Notes: generated by a model not told the origin, from the letters alone. 64,000 nucleotides of DNA from Candidatus Gastranaerophilales bacterium (GCA_023662705.1 JAMPIM010000001.1:32216-96215), one strand, 5' to 3'; shown: positions 29,395-39,704, counted from the stretch's first letter. Made by a program: numbers and translations.

Positions 29395-30210
29395 ATGAAA
29401 AAAGTTTTTGAACTAACAAACAGATACATAATTTTAGGTACACCGTTAATTTTATTTTCACTGCTATCAACAATTTATCTTGCAGTGTCTGCAAGAGGTG
29501 CGGTGATAAATCTTATAATCGGACTTGCGTTATTTGCTTTAATGGTATCTGCATTTACGGCAGGTTGGTTTAATATGGTAAAAATTGCTGTTCTTGAACC
29601 GGAAAGAGATGATCCTAATTCCTTAATCAAAGAATTTACTCCAGGGGTTGGCGAATACTTTTTATCAGCTTTGGGTATGTTATTAAATATACTTTTGATT
29701 TCTTTAATAATTCTTATGGCTGCATCAATGGCAGGCATGAAAATTATAGGAAATCCTAATATTTCTATTGATGCTCTTAATTCTGCTCTACAAAATCCTG
29801 AAGCTTTAAAAACATTCTTAGCTTCATTAACAAAAGAACAGCTTATTAAGATTAATGCGTGGAACTTTTTATTATTGGCGTCTATGGCTTTGGCTTATTT
29901 TTTAGAATTGCTTTCCGTTCCTGCATTGTTTTTCAAAAACAAAAATCCGTTTATCGCATTTTTTATAGGATTAAAAGATTTATTCAGCAGAAAATTTTTC
30001 CAAACTTTAGGTATTTTTGTATTAATATTTGTTGTATATAGTATAATATCGATACTTTCAGCAGTATTTATCGGAAATACAATTTTGCATTTTCTGATAA
30101 CTCTGGCGAATTTCTATTTTATTACATCAGCTTCAGTCGGAGTATTCTATTATTATCATAATAATTTCGTAAAACCGCAAATCGGACAAAATATAGACAA
30201 AAGAGTATAA
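29395..30210 (+). CDS. integral membrane protein (about 6 TM), unknown function
   Basis: Hydrophobic helices. Starts 3 nt after the preceding stop. Confidence 0.5.
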   Translation: MKKVFELTNRYIILGTPLILFSLLSTIYLAVSARGAVINLIIGLALFALMVSAFTAGWFNMVKIAVLEPERDDPNSLIKEFTPGVGEYFLSALGMLLNILLISLIILMAASMAGMKIIGNPNISIDALNSALQNPEALKTFLASLTKEQLIKINAWNFLLLASMALAYFLELLSVPALFFKNKNPFIAFFIGLKDLFSRKFFQTLGIFVLIFVVYSIISILSAVFIGNTILHFLITLANFYFITSASVGVFYYYHNNFVKPQIGQNIDKRV

Positions 30211-30228
30211 ATAAAAACGGAGGAAACT

Positions 30229-31056
30229 ATGAAAAAGTTATTAATTTCATTATTTGCGCTCGGATTATTCTCAATGCCTGCTTTTTCAGCAACTTGGACA
30301 GCAGCAGACAGAGTGAATACAGTTGGTGCGCAATTATTAAAGAAAAACGGATTGCCTGAAAATACTCAGTTTAAAGTAGTTAACGGAGCTGTGAATAACG
30401 ACGATGCTACAATAACCAATACAATCCAAATTTCAAGCACTGATTTGACTTATACGGGGAATGATAATGAAGTTGCAGCCGTAATTGCAAGAGAGCTTGC
30501 ATATATCATTAACGGACGTGCAACAAAATCTAAAATGAGAGATTTTGCTAAATCAGCGATTAATAATACTTTCTCAGAAGGCAATCTTATTACAAGTGTT
30601 GCAAATAGCGATTATGCAGCAAATAAAGCTTCTATGAGTGATAACAAAGATGCTGATATTACAGGTGCGGATTTGATGATTCAGGCAAACTACAATCCGC
30701 TTGCAAGTATTGTAGTGCTTACAAAAATGCCTGGAACTACAATGGAAATTGCACTTGGCAAACCTTGTAACTCTGAAAGAGCAATGAATATTTATGATTA
30801 TTTAACTTACAACTATCCTTCAAAAGTAAAAGCAGGATACGGTTGTAAAGAATATAAGGCATTTTTGACTTATGCTGATCCGATTGTGAAAGAAAGAAAT
30901 TCTAATAAGAAAAAGTTAGAAAAATTCAATAAAGAACAGGAAAAAAACAGAGCAGTCAGAGCAAAAAATATCGCTCAATACAAATCAACAGGTGTGAGCG
31001 GATGGGATGCTTCTTATAATTTATTAAAAGCATTCACTGAATCTTCAGAGAAATAA
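30229..31056 (+). CDS. secreted BepA-like M48 peptidase homolog with degenerate HExxH (RELAY)
   Basis: Signal peptide. The block DNKDADITGADLMIQANYNPLASIVVL resembles M48 EADAD-x-x-G...AGYDP-x-AM. The spacing to the HExxH position is right, but both His are replaced (IARELAYI). Confidence 0.4.
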   Translation: MKKLLISLFALGLFSMPAFSATWTAADRVNTVGAQLLKKNGLPENTQFKVVNGAVNNDDATITNTIQISSTDLTYTGNDNEVAAVIARELAYIINGRATKSKMRDFAKSAINNTFSEGNLITSVANSDYAANKASMSDNKDADITGADLMIQANYNPLASIVVLTKMPGTTMEIALGKPCNSERAMNIYDYLTYNYPSKVKAGYGCKEYKAFLTYADPIVKERNSNKKKLEKFNKEQEKNRAVRAKNIAQYKSTGVSGWDASYNLLKAFTESSEK

Positions 31057-31062
31057 TTGTTA

Positions 31063-31090
31063 AAAAGGTCGGATTGCAATCCGACCTTTT
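31063..31090. terminator. bidirectional intrinsic terminator (AAAAGGTCGGATTGCAATCCGACCTTTT)
   Basis: Perfect 9-bp stem flanked by A-run and T-run, between convergent genes. Confidence 0.7.
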
Positions 31091-31092
31091 AG

Positions 31093-31641
31093 TTATAATT
31101 CAAAATATTCAGATTTATTCAAAGTTCTTTCGTTTCTATAATAGCTGTTTAAAAACTTAGCGCGTTTAATAATGTTATACCACTCGTCATAGTTTCTCAT
31201 AAAATCATTTTTATCTTTATTGATATAATGTACGCTTACGACAGCATTATGTGCACGTGTAACTCTGAAAAACTCACATTGTCCTTCGATATTTTTATAA
31301 TTTTGGGTACATCTGCCTGCAATTGCATCATTAGCAGTGCTTCTCAGTGTTTTATAGTTTCCTGTAGGATTTGTTTTCTTCATCATTGCAAGATGATTAT
31401 TCATAAAAACATTAACGGGATAAGCGGAGTCGTTATATGAATGTACAATGATTGTTCTACGCCAGTTATTACTTGCTTGTCCGTTTGGGACGTATTGTAA
31501 AATAGCTTCGTTGCCGATTTTTTTATAATAAGCTTTTACCCACAATTCTCCTGATGGATATTTGATAATAATAGTTTCGTAAGCCATTACGCAAAGTGTA
31601 GTGCATAGAGTTAAAATACTAAATAAAAGGACTTTTTTCAT
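31093..31641 (-). CDS. secreted hypothetical protein; paralog of the 27617-28150 product
   Basis: Signal peptide. NNW-RR-TIIVHSY block shared with the 27617 protein. Confidence 0.5.
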   Translation of the reverse strand: MKKVLLFSILTLCTTLCVMAYETIIIKYPSGELWVKAYYKKIGNEAILQYVPNGQASNNWRRTIIVHSYNDSAYPVNVFMNNHLAMMKKTNPTGNYKTLRSTANDAIAGRCTQNYKNIEGQCEFFRVTRAHNAVVSVHYINKDKNDFMRNYDEWYNIIKRAKFLNSYYRNERTLNKSEYFEL

Positions 31642-32279
31642 TAGCCAAAACTCCTTTTTCTCTGACTTCCGTAATTTTTTTCAAAAGCTTTGCTGACATA
31701 ATTTCACTTTCGAAATGTCCAATATCAAAAACGACTTTTTCGGCTTCTGCTGCCGTATGGAATTTTAAATCACCTGTGACAAACGCGTCACATGGAGTTT
31801 TGTTCATAAATTCACTTCCTGAGCCAGCACAAAATCCTATAGTTTGGATGGTTTTTGTGCTGTTATTATTAATATATCTGAGTTTTGGTGAAAGCGGCAG
31901 AAGTTTTTCTTTTAGTTCTTCTACGGAAATTGCTTCAGGTAATTCAACAATTCTTACAAATTCTTCAAAAACTTTGCCTTGAAAACCCAGTTGTTCAAGA
32001 ATCAAATCCGTTGTTCCGCCATTAGCTTTATCTAAGTTTGTATGAGCACAATACATATTTATTTTTCTGTATTCCAAAGGTACAAAAAACAACGGGTGGT
32101 GTGAAATTATCATATCGCAATTTTGTTCAAGCGCCTGTTTTACAACTTGTTTTGTTATAGTCAGTGCAAACATTATTTTGCTGATTTCAGGAGATTCTAA
32201 ATCTACAATCCAACCGCTTGCGTCCCACTTTTCCTGTGTTGAGAGCGGTGCAAAAGTTTCGATTTTTTTTACAATTTCG
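31619..32279 (-). CDS. Nif3-family dinuclear metal-centre protein (YqfO/YbgI-like)
   Basis: Motifs DMIISHHPLFF, GFCAGSGSE, FVTGDLKFH and GHFESE. Probable TTG start at 32279, 4 nt after the coaBC stop. Confidence 0.7.
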
Positions 32280-32282
32280 TAT

Positions 32283-33467
32283 TTATTCAAAGATTTTCTC
32301 CAAAATCTTGCGTGCAATATTTAGTTTAGTATCTTTTTCAATATGACAAATATTCAGTTTTTTATCAAGAATGTAAACTTCGTTTAAGTCGCTTGAGAAT
32401 CCGATATCTTTTCTGGAAATATCATTTGCAACAAGATAGTCGCAACCTTTGTTTTGAATCTTTGTTTTGGCATTTTCAAGCAAGTTTTCGCTTTCGGCAC
32501 AAAATCCTACAATTTTTGCATTTGAGCCTGCAAGACTTTTTAGAATATCAGGATTCTTTACCAGTTCAAGACTGATTTTGTCTTCAGAAGTTTTTTTCAT
32601 CTTTTGTTCTGAATAGTTTGCGATTCTGTAATCAGCAACGGCTGCAGTCATAATGACACAATCTTGTTTTTCAAGTTCTGTATGCACTGCTTTTTCCATT
32701 TCCTGAGCTGATTCCGTTACGACATTTTTGTATGGTTTATCTGCCGAGAAAGTGGACACAAGCGTAACTTCTGCTCCCATTTCGTAAGCGCAGTCAGCAA
32801 GTGCAAGCCCCATTTTCCCTGAGGAGCAGTTAGAAATATATCTCACAGGGTCAATTTTTTCTTTTGTTCCGCCTGCGGTAATTAAAACTCTCTTACCCTC
32901 TAATACTTTGTTTTGAGAAAGAATCTTAGAAGTTTCTTCAAAAATATCTTCTACTTCAACCATTCTGCCTGTTCCGTTTGTTCCGCAAGCTAAGAATCCT
33001 GATTCAGGGTTTAAAATATGATATCCGTGATTTTTAAGTTTAGATAAATTCTCTTGGACAAAAGGATTATTCCACATATTAGTATTCATTGCCGGTGCAA
33101 GAAGAATCGGTTTTGAAAACGCGCAGGCAGTGGATAACAAAAGATTATCGCAAATCCCGTTTGCTATTTTTGAAACTGTATTCGCTGTAGCAGGTGCAAT
33201 TATAAAAATATCAGAATCGCATAACGAAATATGTTCAGGCTTGTATTCATCGATTTCAAAATTGTCAACATAGACTTCATTTCCGCTTAAAGTTTGGAGT
33301 GTGAGTTTAGTTACAAATTGAAATGCATTAGGAGTAACTACCACTCTTACATTTGCTCTCGCTTTTTTAAAAAGTCTGATAAGAGAGCAAATTTTATACG
33401 CTGCGATACCGCCTGTTATCCCGATTAATATGTTTTTATTTTCTAGCATGCTTATATTATAACGCAA
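32283..33467 (-). CDS. coaBC: bifunctional phosphopantothenoylcysteine decarboxylase / phosphopantothenate-cysteine ligase CoaBC
   Basis: N-terminal flavoprotein domain (ILIGITGGIAAYK) and C-terminal DFP ligase domain. Full length of about 394 aa. Confidence 0.9.
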   Translation of the reverse strand: MRYNISMLENKNILIGITGGIAAYKICSLIRLFKKARANVRVVVTPNAFQFVTKLTLQTLSGNEVYVDNFEIDEYKPEHISLCDSDIFIIAPATANTVSKIANGICDNLLLSTACAFSKPILLAPAMNTNMWNNPFVQENLSKLKNHGYHILNPESGFLACGTNGTGRMVEVEDIFEETSKILSQNKVLEGKRVLITAGGTKEKIDPVRYISNCSSGKMGLALADCAYEMGAEVTLVSTFSADKPYKNVVTESAQEMEKAVHTELEKQDCVIMTAAVADYRIANYSEQKMKKTSEDKISLELVKNPDILKSLAGSNAKIVGFCAESENLLENAKTKIQNKGCDYLVANDISRKDIGFSSDLNEVYILDKKLNICHIEKDTKLNIARKILEKIFE

Positions 33468-33540
33468 AGAAAATAAAACGCCGTATATACTATTGAAATA
33501 AACTTTTTATATGATATAATAGAGGTTGATTGGAGGGAAT

Positions 33541-33729
33541 ATGGCAAGAGTATTGATTTCAATGTCTAACGATTTCTTAAACAGGGTCGACAGTATCGCA
33601 ACTTCTGAACAAAGAACAAGAAGTGAACTTATAAGAGAAGCTTTGCGTGTTTATATTAAACGCAATAAGATTGCTAATAATGCAAGAGCAGAAGAAAATG
33701 CAACTATCTTAACCGAACTCCTTTCTTAA
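33541..33729 (+). CDS. ribbon-helix-helix (CopG/MetJ/Arc family) DNA-binding protein, copy 1
   Basis: MARVLISMSNDFLNRVDSIATSEQRTRSELIREALRVYI matches the RHH_1 pattern (beta strand then SRSELIREALREYL). Promoter TTGAAA-16-TATAAT and SD GGAGGG lie upstream. Paralog at 45424-45612. Confidence 0.7.
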   Translation: MARVLISMSNDFLNRVDSIATSEQRTRSELIREALRVYIKRNKIANNARAEENATILTELLS

Positions 33730-33752
33730 GCTTGTGATATAATTATTGTATT

Positions 33753-34973
33753 ATGGAATACAATATTAAGAACGCGGAAAAAAGTTTGACTGCACAGTTT
33801 GATGCGGTTAATGAGATTAGAGATAACAACCAGAGAAAAGTTTTAAAGGCTTTTTTTGATAATAAAGTTGCTCCTGAACATTTTTACACAGTTTCAGGTT
33901 ACGGGCATGATGATTTAGGGAGAGAAGTCTTAGATAAGACTTTTGCTCAGGTATTTAAAGCAGAAAAAGCATTAGTGAGAATACATTTTGCATCAGGTAC
34001 ACATACATTAGCGTGTGCTTTGTTTGGTAATTTACGTTATGGAGACAAATTGGTTTCTATAGCGGGAGCACCTTATGACACTATGCAGGAAGTAATTGGA
34101 ACTGCCGGGGATGAGGAAACCAAGCGTTCTTCATTAATCGGCAACGGCGTTTTGTATGACGAAGTTCCTTTGAAAGGTGATGAAGTAGATTTTGTTGCCT
34201 TAGAAAGAATGATTGACGACACAACTACAATGGTTTTGATTCAGCGCTCTAAAGGTTATTCAACAAGAAAATCTTTGACTATCGATGTTATTGAGCGTAT
34301 TTGTAAAACAGTTAAATCAAAAAATCCGGATTGTATTTGTTTTGTTGATAACTGCTATGGTGAGTTTGTAGAAGACAGAGAACCGATTGAAGTTGGTGCA
34401 GACCTGATTGCAGGTTCTTTAATCAAAAACCCAGGTGGCGGAATTGTAGAAGCAGGCGGATACATTGCAGGTAAGGAACTTTATGTTGAACGAGCTGCAA
34501 ATCGTCTTACAGCACCTGGAATCGGCTCTGAAGGCGGAGCAATGTTTAATCAGCACAGATTAATGTTTCAAGGCTTGTTTATGGCGCCTTCAATCGTTTC
34601 GGAAGCGGTTAAAGGTGCAATTCTTGCCGCAAAAGTTTTTGAAGATATCGGGTTTAATTCTGCACCAAGGTTTGACGAAAAGAGAACTGATATCATTCAA
34701 AACATAATTTTTGGAAAACCTGAACACTTGGAAGAATTTTGTAGAACAATTCAATCTCTTTCACCAGTGAATGGGTATGTAACGCCTATTCCTGAGTATA
34801 TTCCGGGGTATGAAGATCAGGTGATTATGGCAGGTGGTACATTTATTGAAGGTTCTACAATCGAACTGTCAGCAGATGGACCAATGCGTGCGCCTTATGT
34901 TGCATATTTGCAGGGCGGATTGAATTATGCTCACGTAAAAATATGTCTTGAAGAGATGGTTAAAAAACTTTAA
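33753..34973 (+). CDS. aluminium-resistance (YnbB) family PLP-dependent enzyme of the Cys/Met-metabolism superfamily
   Basis: N-terminal region similar to Bacillus YnbB-type proteins. Starts 23 nt after the RHH gene. Confidence 0.6.
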   Translation: MEYNIKNAEKSLTAQFDAVNEIRDNNQRKVLKAFFDNKVAPEHFYTVSGYGHDDLGREVLDKTFAQVFKAEKALVRIHFASGTHTLACALFGNLRYGDKLVSIAGAPYDTMQEVIGTAGDEETKRSSLIGNGVLYDEVPLKGDEVDFVALERMIDDTTTMVLIQRSKGYSTRKSLTIDVIERICKTVKSKNPDCICFVDNCYGEFVEDREPIEVGADLIAGSLIKNPGGGIVEAGGYIAGKELYVERAANRLTAPGIGSEGGAMFNQHRLMFQGLFMAPSIVSEAVKGAILAAKVFEDIGFNSAPRFDEKRTDIIQNIIFGKPEHLEEFCRTIQSLSPVNGYVTPIPEYIPGYEDQVIMAGGTFIEGSTIELSADGPMRAPYVAYLQGGLNYAHVKICLEEMVKKL

Positions 34974-34992
34974 AAAAATATTTAAAAACCCC

Positions 34993-35021
34993 TTTACAAA
35001 AAAAATTTATCATGTATTATA
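34993..35021 (+). promoter_or_regulatory. tRNA-Ala promoter (TTTACA-17-ATTATA) with conserved CCCTTTACAAAAAAAATTTAT block
   Basis: The 22-nt block is identical to that upstream of tRNA-Asn (56101-56122). Confidence 0.55.
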
Positions 35022-35061
35022 ATAAATGTAGCCGAGATAAACTTGGTTATGACCCGAAAGT

Positions 35062-35137
35062 GGGGGATTAGCTCAGCTGGTAGAGCACCTGCTTTGCACG
35101 CAGGGGGTCAGGAGTTCGAATCTCCTATCCTCCACCA
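35062..35137 (+). tRNA. tRNA-Ala (anticodon TGC), CCA encoded
   Basis: Cloverleaf folded by hand. G3:U70 Ala identity pair present. Anticodon loop TTTGCAC. T-arm GGAGTTCGAATCTCC. Terminator hairpin at 35141-35170. Confidence 0.9.
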
Positions 35138-35194
35138 TTTAAAAAGAGCCTCAAAGGCTCTTTTTTTATTGCATTAAAAATAAGGAGATTAATA

Positions 35195-35632
35195 ATGAAA
35201 TTACTAGGACTTGATATTGACGGAAATGAAAAAGAATTTGATTTGAAAGAGTTTGAAGGTCAGAGAGTTGTTTTATATTTTTACCCTAAAGACAATACAT
35301 CAGGATGTACGCAGGAAGCGTGCGATTTTAGAGATAATATGAATCGTTTAACATCATTAGTTACTGTTATTGGAGTAAGTCCTGACAGTATAAAAAGTCA
35401 CAAGTCTTTTAGAGAAAAACAAGGATTGAATTTTATCTTACTTTCTGACCCTGAGCATACTCTTTCAGAACAATACGCTGTTTGGAAAGAAAAATCAATG
35501 TATGGAAGAAAGTATATGGGTATTGAACGCTCAACATTTGTCCTTGATAACGATGGTAATATCGAAAAAGAATGGCGAAAGGTCAAAGTTAAAGGGCATG
35601 TAGATGAAATAATTGATTATTTGTCTAAATAA
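35195..35632 (+). CDS. bcp: thiol peroxidase Bcp (peroxiredoxin Q)
   Basis: VVLYFYPKDNTSGCTQEACDFRD contains the peroxidatic Cys motif. About 145 aa. Confidence 0.85.
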   Translation: MKLLGLDIDGNEKEFDLKEFEGQRVVLYFYPKDNTSGCTQEACDFRDNMNRLTSLVTVIGVSPDSIKSHKSFREKQGLNFILLSDPEHTLSEQYAVWKEKSMYGRKYMGIERSTFVLDNDGNIEKEWRKVKVKGHVDEIIDYLSK

Positions 35633-35663
35633 AAAAGCGACTCAACTGAGTCGCTTTTTTATT

Positions 35664-36296
35664 TTATAAACCTAAATCCGGTGTTCCTGCTTCAGCTGCT
35701 GGAGCGGCTTCCTCTTCTTGAGGTGCTGTGTGAGCATATAATCTTAAGCTCATATTTGTTACAAGAACAGTTTTATCTTTTTCGTAAGGTTTAATATCCA
35801 TTTCGTTGATTTTAATGTAATAAGGATATTGATAAATATCTTGAACCAGTTTTCCAAGGTTAACATAATTAGAAACCAATTCCATATCGACATCACAAAC
35901 GAAATAAACATCTTTACCGAATTCTACGAATTTATCTGATGCAGGGTTGTATGAATAATCAATTGATTTAATCTTAACTGAGTTTGAATGAATCATTTCA
36001 ATCAAATCATTATAAAGAGTAAAGAATAAAGTATCGTTACCCAAATCAGATTCAACAGGTGAATAAATTTTCTTTTGTGAACCCGCAATTGAATCTTTAA
36101 GCTGTTTCAATTTATTGATTACGCGGGTTCTTTCAGCCTGTTTGCCCTCTAACTCTTGTTTTTTCTGTTGAAGACTGGCTTCTGAACTTGTGCGTTCTGT
36201 AATCTGAGGTGTTATTAAATAGTAAGCACCCAGCACACAAGCTAACGCTACTGCGCCAAAAATCATTACACCATAATATTTTTTATACTTTTCCAT
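35664..36296 (-). CDS. type IV pilus assembly protein, PilO-like (TM + coiled coil)
   Basis: Single N-terminal TM, then coiled coil. Directly downstream of the pilMN fusion. Confidence 0.45.
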   Translation of the reverse strand: MEKYKKYYGVMIFGAVALACVLGAYYLITPQITERTSSEASLQQKKQELEGKQAERTRVINKLKQLKDSIAGSQKKIYSPVESDLGNDTLFFTLYNDLIEMIHSNSVKIKSIDYSYNPASDKFVEFGKDVYFVCDVDMELVSNYVNLGKLVQDIYQYPYYIKINEMDIKPYEKDKTVLVTNMSLRLYAHTAPQEEEAAPAAEAGTPDLGL

Positions 36297-36316
36297 TTAA
36301 CATTGTCCTTTTTGTG

Positions 36317-37969
36317 TTATTCACCCAAATCGATATTAGGAAGTTCTCCTGAACCATTGCTGTTTTGATCTGATTTAGCAGGTTTGCTAACAGCTGCTTC
36401 CGGTGCATCTGAAATTCTGAATTCGTAGAAGTCAGCATTCATAGATGTGATGATAGAATCTGTATCAAAACTTTCATCTTCTGCTAATTCTACTAATTTA
36501 GATTTTGATGCCAAGCCCAATTTTTGTAATTTGATTTCAGAAGTAGGGTTGTAATCCTTAATATTTCTAAAGAAGCTGTAAACGCTTTCTAAGTTATCAG
36601 CCTGACCTTCTATTGTAATCTTATCGCCTAACTGTAAGTGAGTAAGCCATAATTTTTTCGGAATTTCTGTACCAACAATTGTGTAATATGTGTAAACATT
36701 TTTGTTATGTTGTAAACCGATTCTAACTTCATCACCTTCATCAAACATATCAGCAGATACGTTTTTATTTTCATCTAAGAATCTCTGAATGCTCGCAATA
36801 TCTGCATCCATACGTGAAATTTCATTGTTATTATTAGCAATCATTGTTTTTAATGGAACTAAAACCGCTACAATAATTACAGCTGCAATAATAGCAAATA
36901 CTGCTGATGCAACGAGCATATTTTCGATAGTTAATAAGATGCCCGGGCCGATGTTTAATTTTAACGGCTGCTCATTTTCCCAAATTTCACCCAATGAAGA
37001 ATTGAATAAATTGATAGGAGCAACAGAATATTCACCAAATTCTCTGTTAATAGCAGCACCGATGATATCCAATGAAATCGTTTTAGCAACTTGTTCTGTA
37101 ATACCTGGAGCTGTTTCTAAGTAAGGCGCTTCTGCAAAGATATTATCATTATGGTGAATGATTTGTCCGTTATATGTTAATTTTCCTGCAAGTACTTCTG
37201 CGTTGATTGCATTGGTTCTTGAAAGAACATATAGACGTTTAGACGGTACATTTTTCAATATTGGAGTAACAGCTGAAATAACTGTTCCATAGTTTTCTGC
37301 ATCGCCTAAAACTTCACCGATAGCGATTTTTTCTTCAAAACTGTCTGCATAAGATTTACCCAGCATTGGGAGTATTCTGCAAGAATTATTATCTACAATC
37401 AGTAGTACCCAGTTTGAATCTGCTGCTACATCTACTCTGTCATTATATATTAATGCGTTTAATACAGAGTTAACTGATGTATCAATACCAACAAGCGTAT
37501 AGCCCAATGATTTAATTTGCATTGCAATTTCAATCAAAGTAACTTTTTGCGCTGCAGTATATGCAATTTTATTATTTTGGATTGTAGAAATCGGTAATCT
37601 TACTGCACTGATAGCAGCTTCATTATTTTGAAATACCGGATAATTACCCAATGTTTCTTCAATCTGCATTTCAACCATATTGGCTTCCATTGCAGCAGAG
37701 AAATCTTCTACTTTAAATAGAATTGTAGGTAGATTCAATACAATTTCAGAACCTTTTGGTATATCAAGCTCCATTAGCAAATCAGCTAATGTTTCTTTGA
37801 AAAGGTCTAAATCAGCAATCTCTTTTCTGAGATTGTCATAACCTAACTGTTTAGTACCATATTTAAGTACTGTCTTGGTTGCGAAGTCAATTTGCGCAAC
37901 CTCTAATCCTAGCTCGGGATTAACGGACACCCCGACTACTATATTTTTCTTTAATAGATTAAATGCCAT
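36317..37969 (-). CDS. type IV pilus assembly PilM-PilN fusion protein
   Basis: N-terminal actin-like ATPase fold of about 340 aa (PilM-like). Then a TM helix and a PilN-like periplasmic domain. 550 aa. Confidence 0.6.
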   Translation of the reverse strand: MAFNLLKKNIVVGVSVNPELGLEVAQIDFATKTVLKYGTKQLGYDNLRKEIADLDLFKETLADLLMELDIPKGSEIVLNLPTILFKVEDFSAAMEANMVEMQIEETLGNYPVFQNNEAAISAVRLPISTIQNNKIAYTAAQKVTLIEIAMQIKSLGYTLVGIDTSVNSVLNALIYNDRVDVAADSNWVLLIVDNNSCRILPMLGKSYADSFEEKIAIGEVLGDAENYGTVISAVTPILKNVPSKRLYVLSRTNAINAEVLAGKLTYNGQIIHHNDNIFAEAPYLETAPGITEQVAKTISLDIIGAAINREFGEYSVAPINLFNSSLGEIWENEQPLKLNIGPGILLTIENMLVASAVFAIIAAVIIVAVLVPLKTMIANNNNEISRMDADIASIQRFLDENKNVSADMFDEGDEVRIGLQHNKNVYTYYTIVGTEIPKKLWLTHLQLGDKITIEGQADNLESVYSFFRNIKDYNPTSEIKLQKLGLASKSKLVELAEDESFDTDSIITSMNADFYEFRISDAPEAAVSKPAKSDQNSNGSGELPNIDLGE

Positions 37970-38034
37970 GCTTATTTCTTCCTATTTTTTTTTATTGTAC
38001 AATAAAATTCAAAATTTGTACACAGGTATTATAA

Positions 38035-38943
38035 ATGAAAAATATTATTGAGAGAATTAAGAGATTAAAACAGGAAAAACAGGCTGTAATACTGGCACAC
38101 AGCTATCAGAACATAGAAATTGATGAGGTTGCGGATTTTGTCGGGGATTCGCTTTATTTAAGCCGAAAAGCGCAGGAAACAGATGCCAAAATTATTGTCT
38201 TTGCTGGGGTTTATTTTATGGCTCAAACCGCAAAAACAATATCGCCCGATAAAAAGGTCCTCTTGCCAAATATCAATGCAGGGTGCTTGATGGCGGACAT
38301 GATTGACCTACACCAAATGGAGGATTTTAAAAAACAGCATCCTAATATCCCTGTTGTATGTTATATAAATTCTACAGCAGAGGTTAAATCTAAGTGTGAT
38401 ATTTGTTGTACAAGTTCAAATGCACTTAAGATTGTGGAAAGTCTTAATGCTCCTAAAGTACTTTTTGTTCCGGATGCAAATCTTGGCAAATGGGTAGAGT
38501 CAAAACTCGATGGTGTCGAAGTTATAACCTATCAAGGACACTGCCCTATACATAATAATGTAACTGTTGATGATATTCTTAATGCACGTAAAAATCATCC
38601 TGATACGAAAATTCTTATTCACCCTGAATGCAAACCGGAAGTAAGCGCATTAGGAGATTATGTCGGAAGCACAAGTGGTATTATTAATTATGTAAAAAAC
38701 AGTAATGAAGATAAATTTATTATTGTAACCGAAAAAGGTGTTGTAGATAGACTTAGAAGAGATTATCCTAACAAGGAATTTATTTTAATATCAGATAACA
38801 TGTTGTGTGAGAGTATGAAACTCACTACCTTAGAAGAAATTTTATATTCTTTAGAAAACGAGACAAACGAAATAACTCTGGATGAGGATGTTCGTCTTGC
38901 AAGTGCTGAGTGTATAGAAAGAATGTTAGAGGTGTCTGTATAA
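38035..38943 (+). CDS. nadA: quinolinate synthase NadA
   Basis: Conserved NadA blocks, including the three Cys regions. About 302 aa. Confidence 0.85.
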   Translation: MKNIIERIKRLKQEKQAVILAHSYQNIEIDEVADFVGDSLYLSRKAQETDAKIIVFAGVYFMAQTAKTISPDKKVLLPNINAGCLMADMIDLHQMEDFKKQHPNIPVVCYINSTAEVKSKCDICCTSSNALKIVESLNAPKVLFVPDANLGKWVESKLDGVEVITYQGHCPIHNNVTVDDILNARKNHPDTKILIHPECKPEVSALGDYVGSTSGIINYVKNSNEDKFIIVTEKGVVDRLRRDYPNKEFILISDNMLCESMKLTTLEEILYSLENETNEITLDEDVRLASAECIERMLEVSV

Positions 38944-39704
38944 TGGAAGAAACTTTTATTTATGGTAAAAATGCTGTTATAGAGGCGCTTGAGAGCGGTA
39001 ATCGCGAATTTAACAGAATCCTTATTTCTAATACCTCACGTTCGGATGAAAAAATCGAAAAAATTAAAGATTTGGCTAAACGTAACGGTGTCGTTTTCCA
39101 ATTTGTAGGAAAAGAAAAACTTAACCAAATTGCACAAGAAGCCCGCCATCAGGGTGTTATTGCACAAATTGCTCCTGTTAAATATATGGATTTGGATGAA
39201 TTTATAGAAAAGAATTCTAACAAATTGGCATCTGTGATTATATTGGACGGAGTGGAAGATTCTCACAATCTTGGTGCAATAATCCGTTCTGCTGTTTGTG
39301 CAGGAGTTGATGGTATAATTTTACCTTCAAGGAGAGGTGTTCTGGTTAATTCAACTGTGGAAAAAACCAGTGCAGGTGCGGTGAATCACATTTCTATTAT
39401 AAAAGTAAATAGTATTGTTGGTGCTGTACAGAAACTAAAAGAAAACAACTACTGGGTAATTGCGTCAGATCATCATGCTGATGATAATTATTTTGATGTT
39501 GATTACACAGATATGAATTTTGCGCTTATAATGGGAGCAGAGCATGCAGGAATTTCAAAATCATTATTGAAGCTTGCTGATTTTAAAGTTAAAATACCTA
39601 TGTTAACGAATTTTAATTCTTTAAATGTATCAAACGCTGCTGCTATAATATTGTTTGAAAGCGTTAAACAGAGGAGCTGTAAAAATGGTAAAACAAAAAG
39701 ATAA
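38943..39704 (+). CDS. TrmH/SpoU-family rRNA 2'-O-methyltransferase (RlmB-like)
   Basis: SPOUT motifs [19 protein letters not shown] and [12 protein letters not shown]. The ATG overlaps the nadA stop (TAATG). Confidence 0.8.
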   Translation: MEETFIYGKNAVIEALESGNREFNRILISNTSRSDEKIEKIKDLAKRNGVVFQFVGKEKLNQIAQEARHQGVIAQIAPVKYMDLDEFIEKNSNKLASVIILDGVEDSHNLGAIIRSAVCAGVDGIILPSRRGVLVNSTVEKTSAGAVNHISIIKVNSIVGAVQKLKENNYWVIASDHHADDNYFDVDYTDMNFALIMGAEHAGISKSLLKLADFKVKIPMLTNFNSLNVSNAAAIILFESVKQRSCKNGKTKR

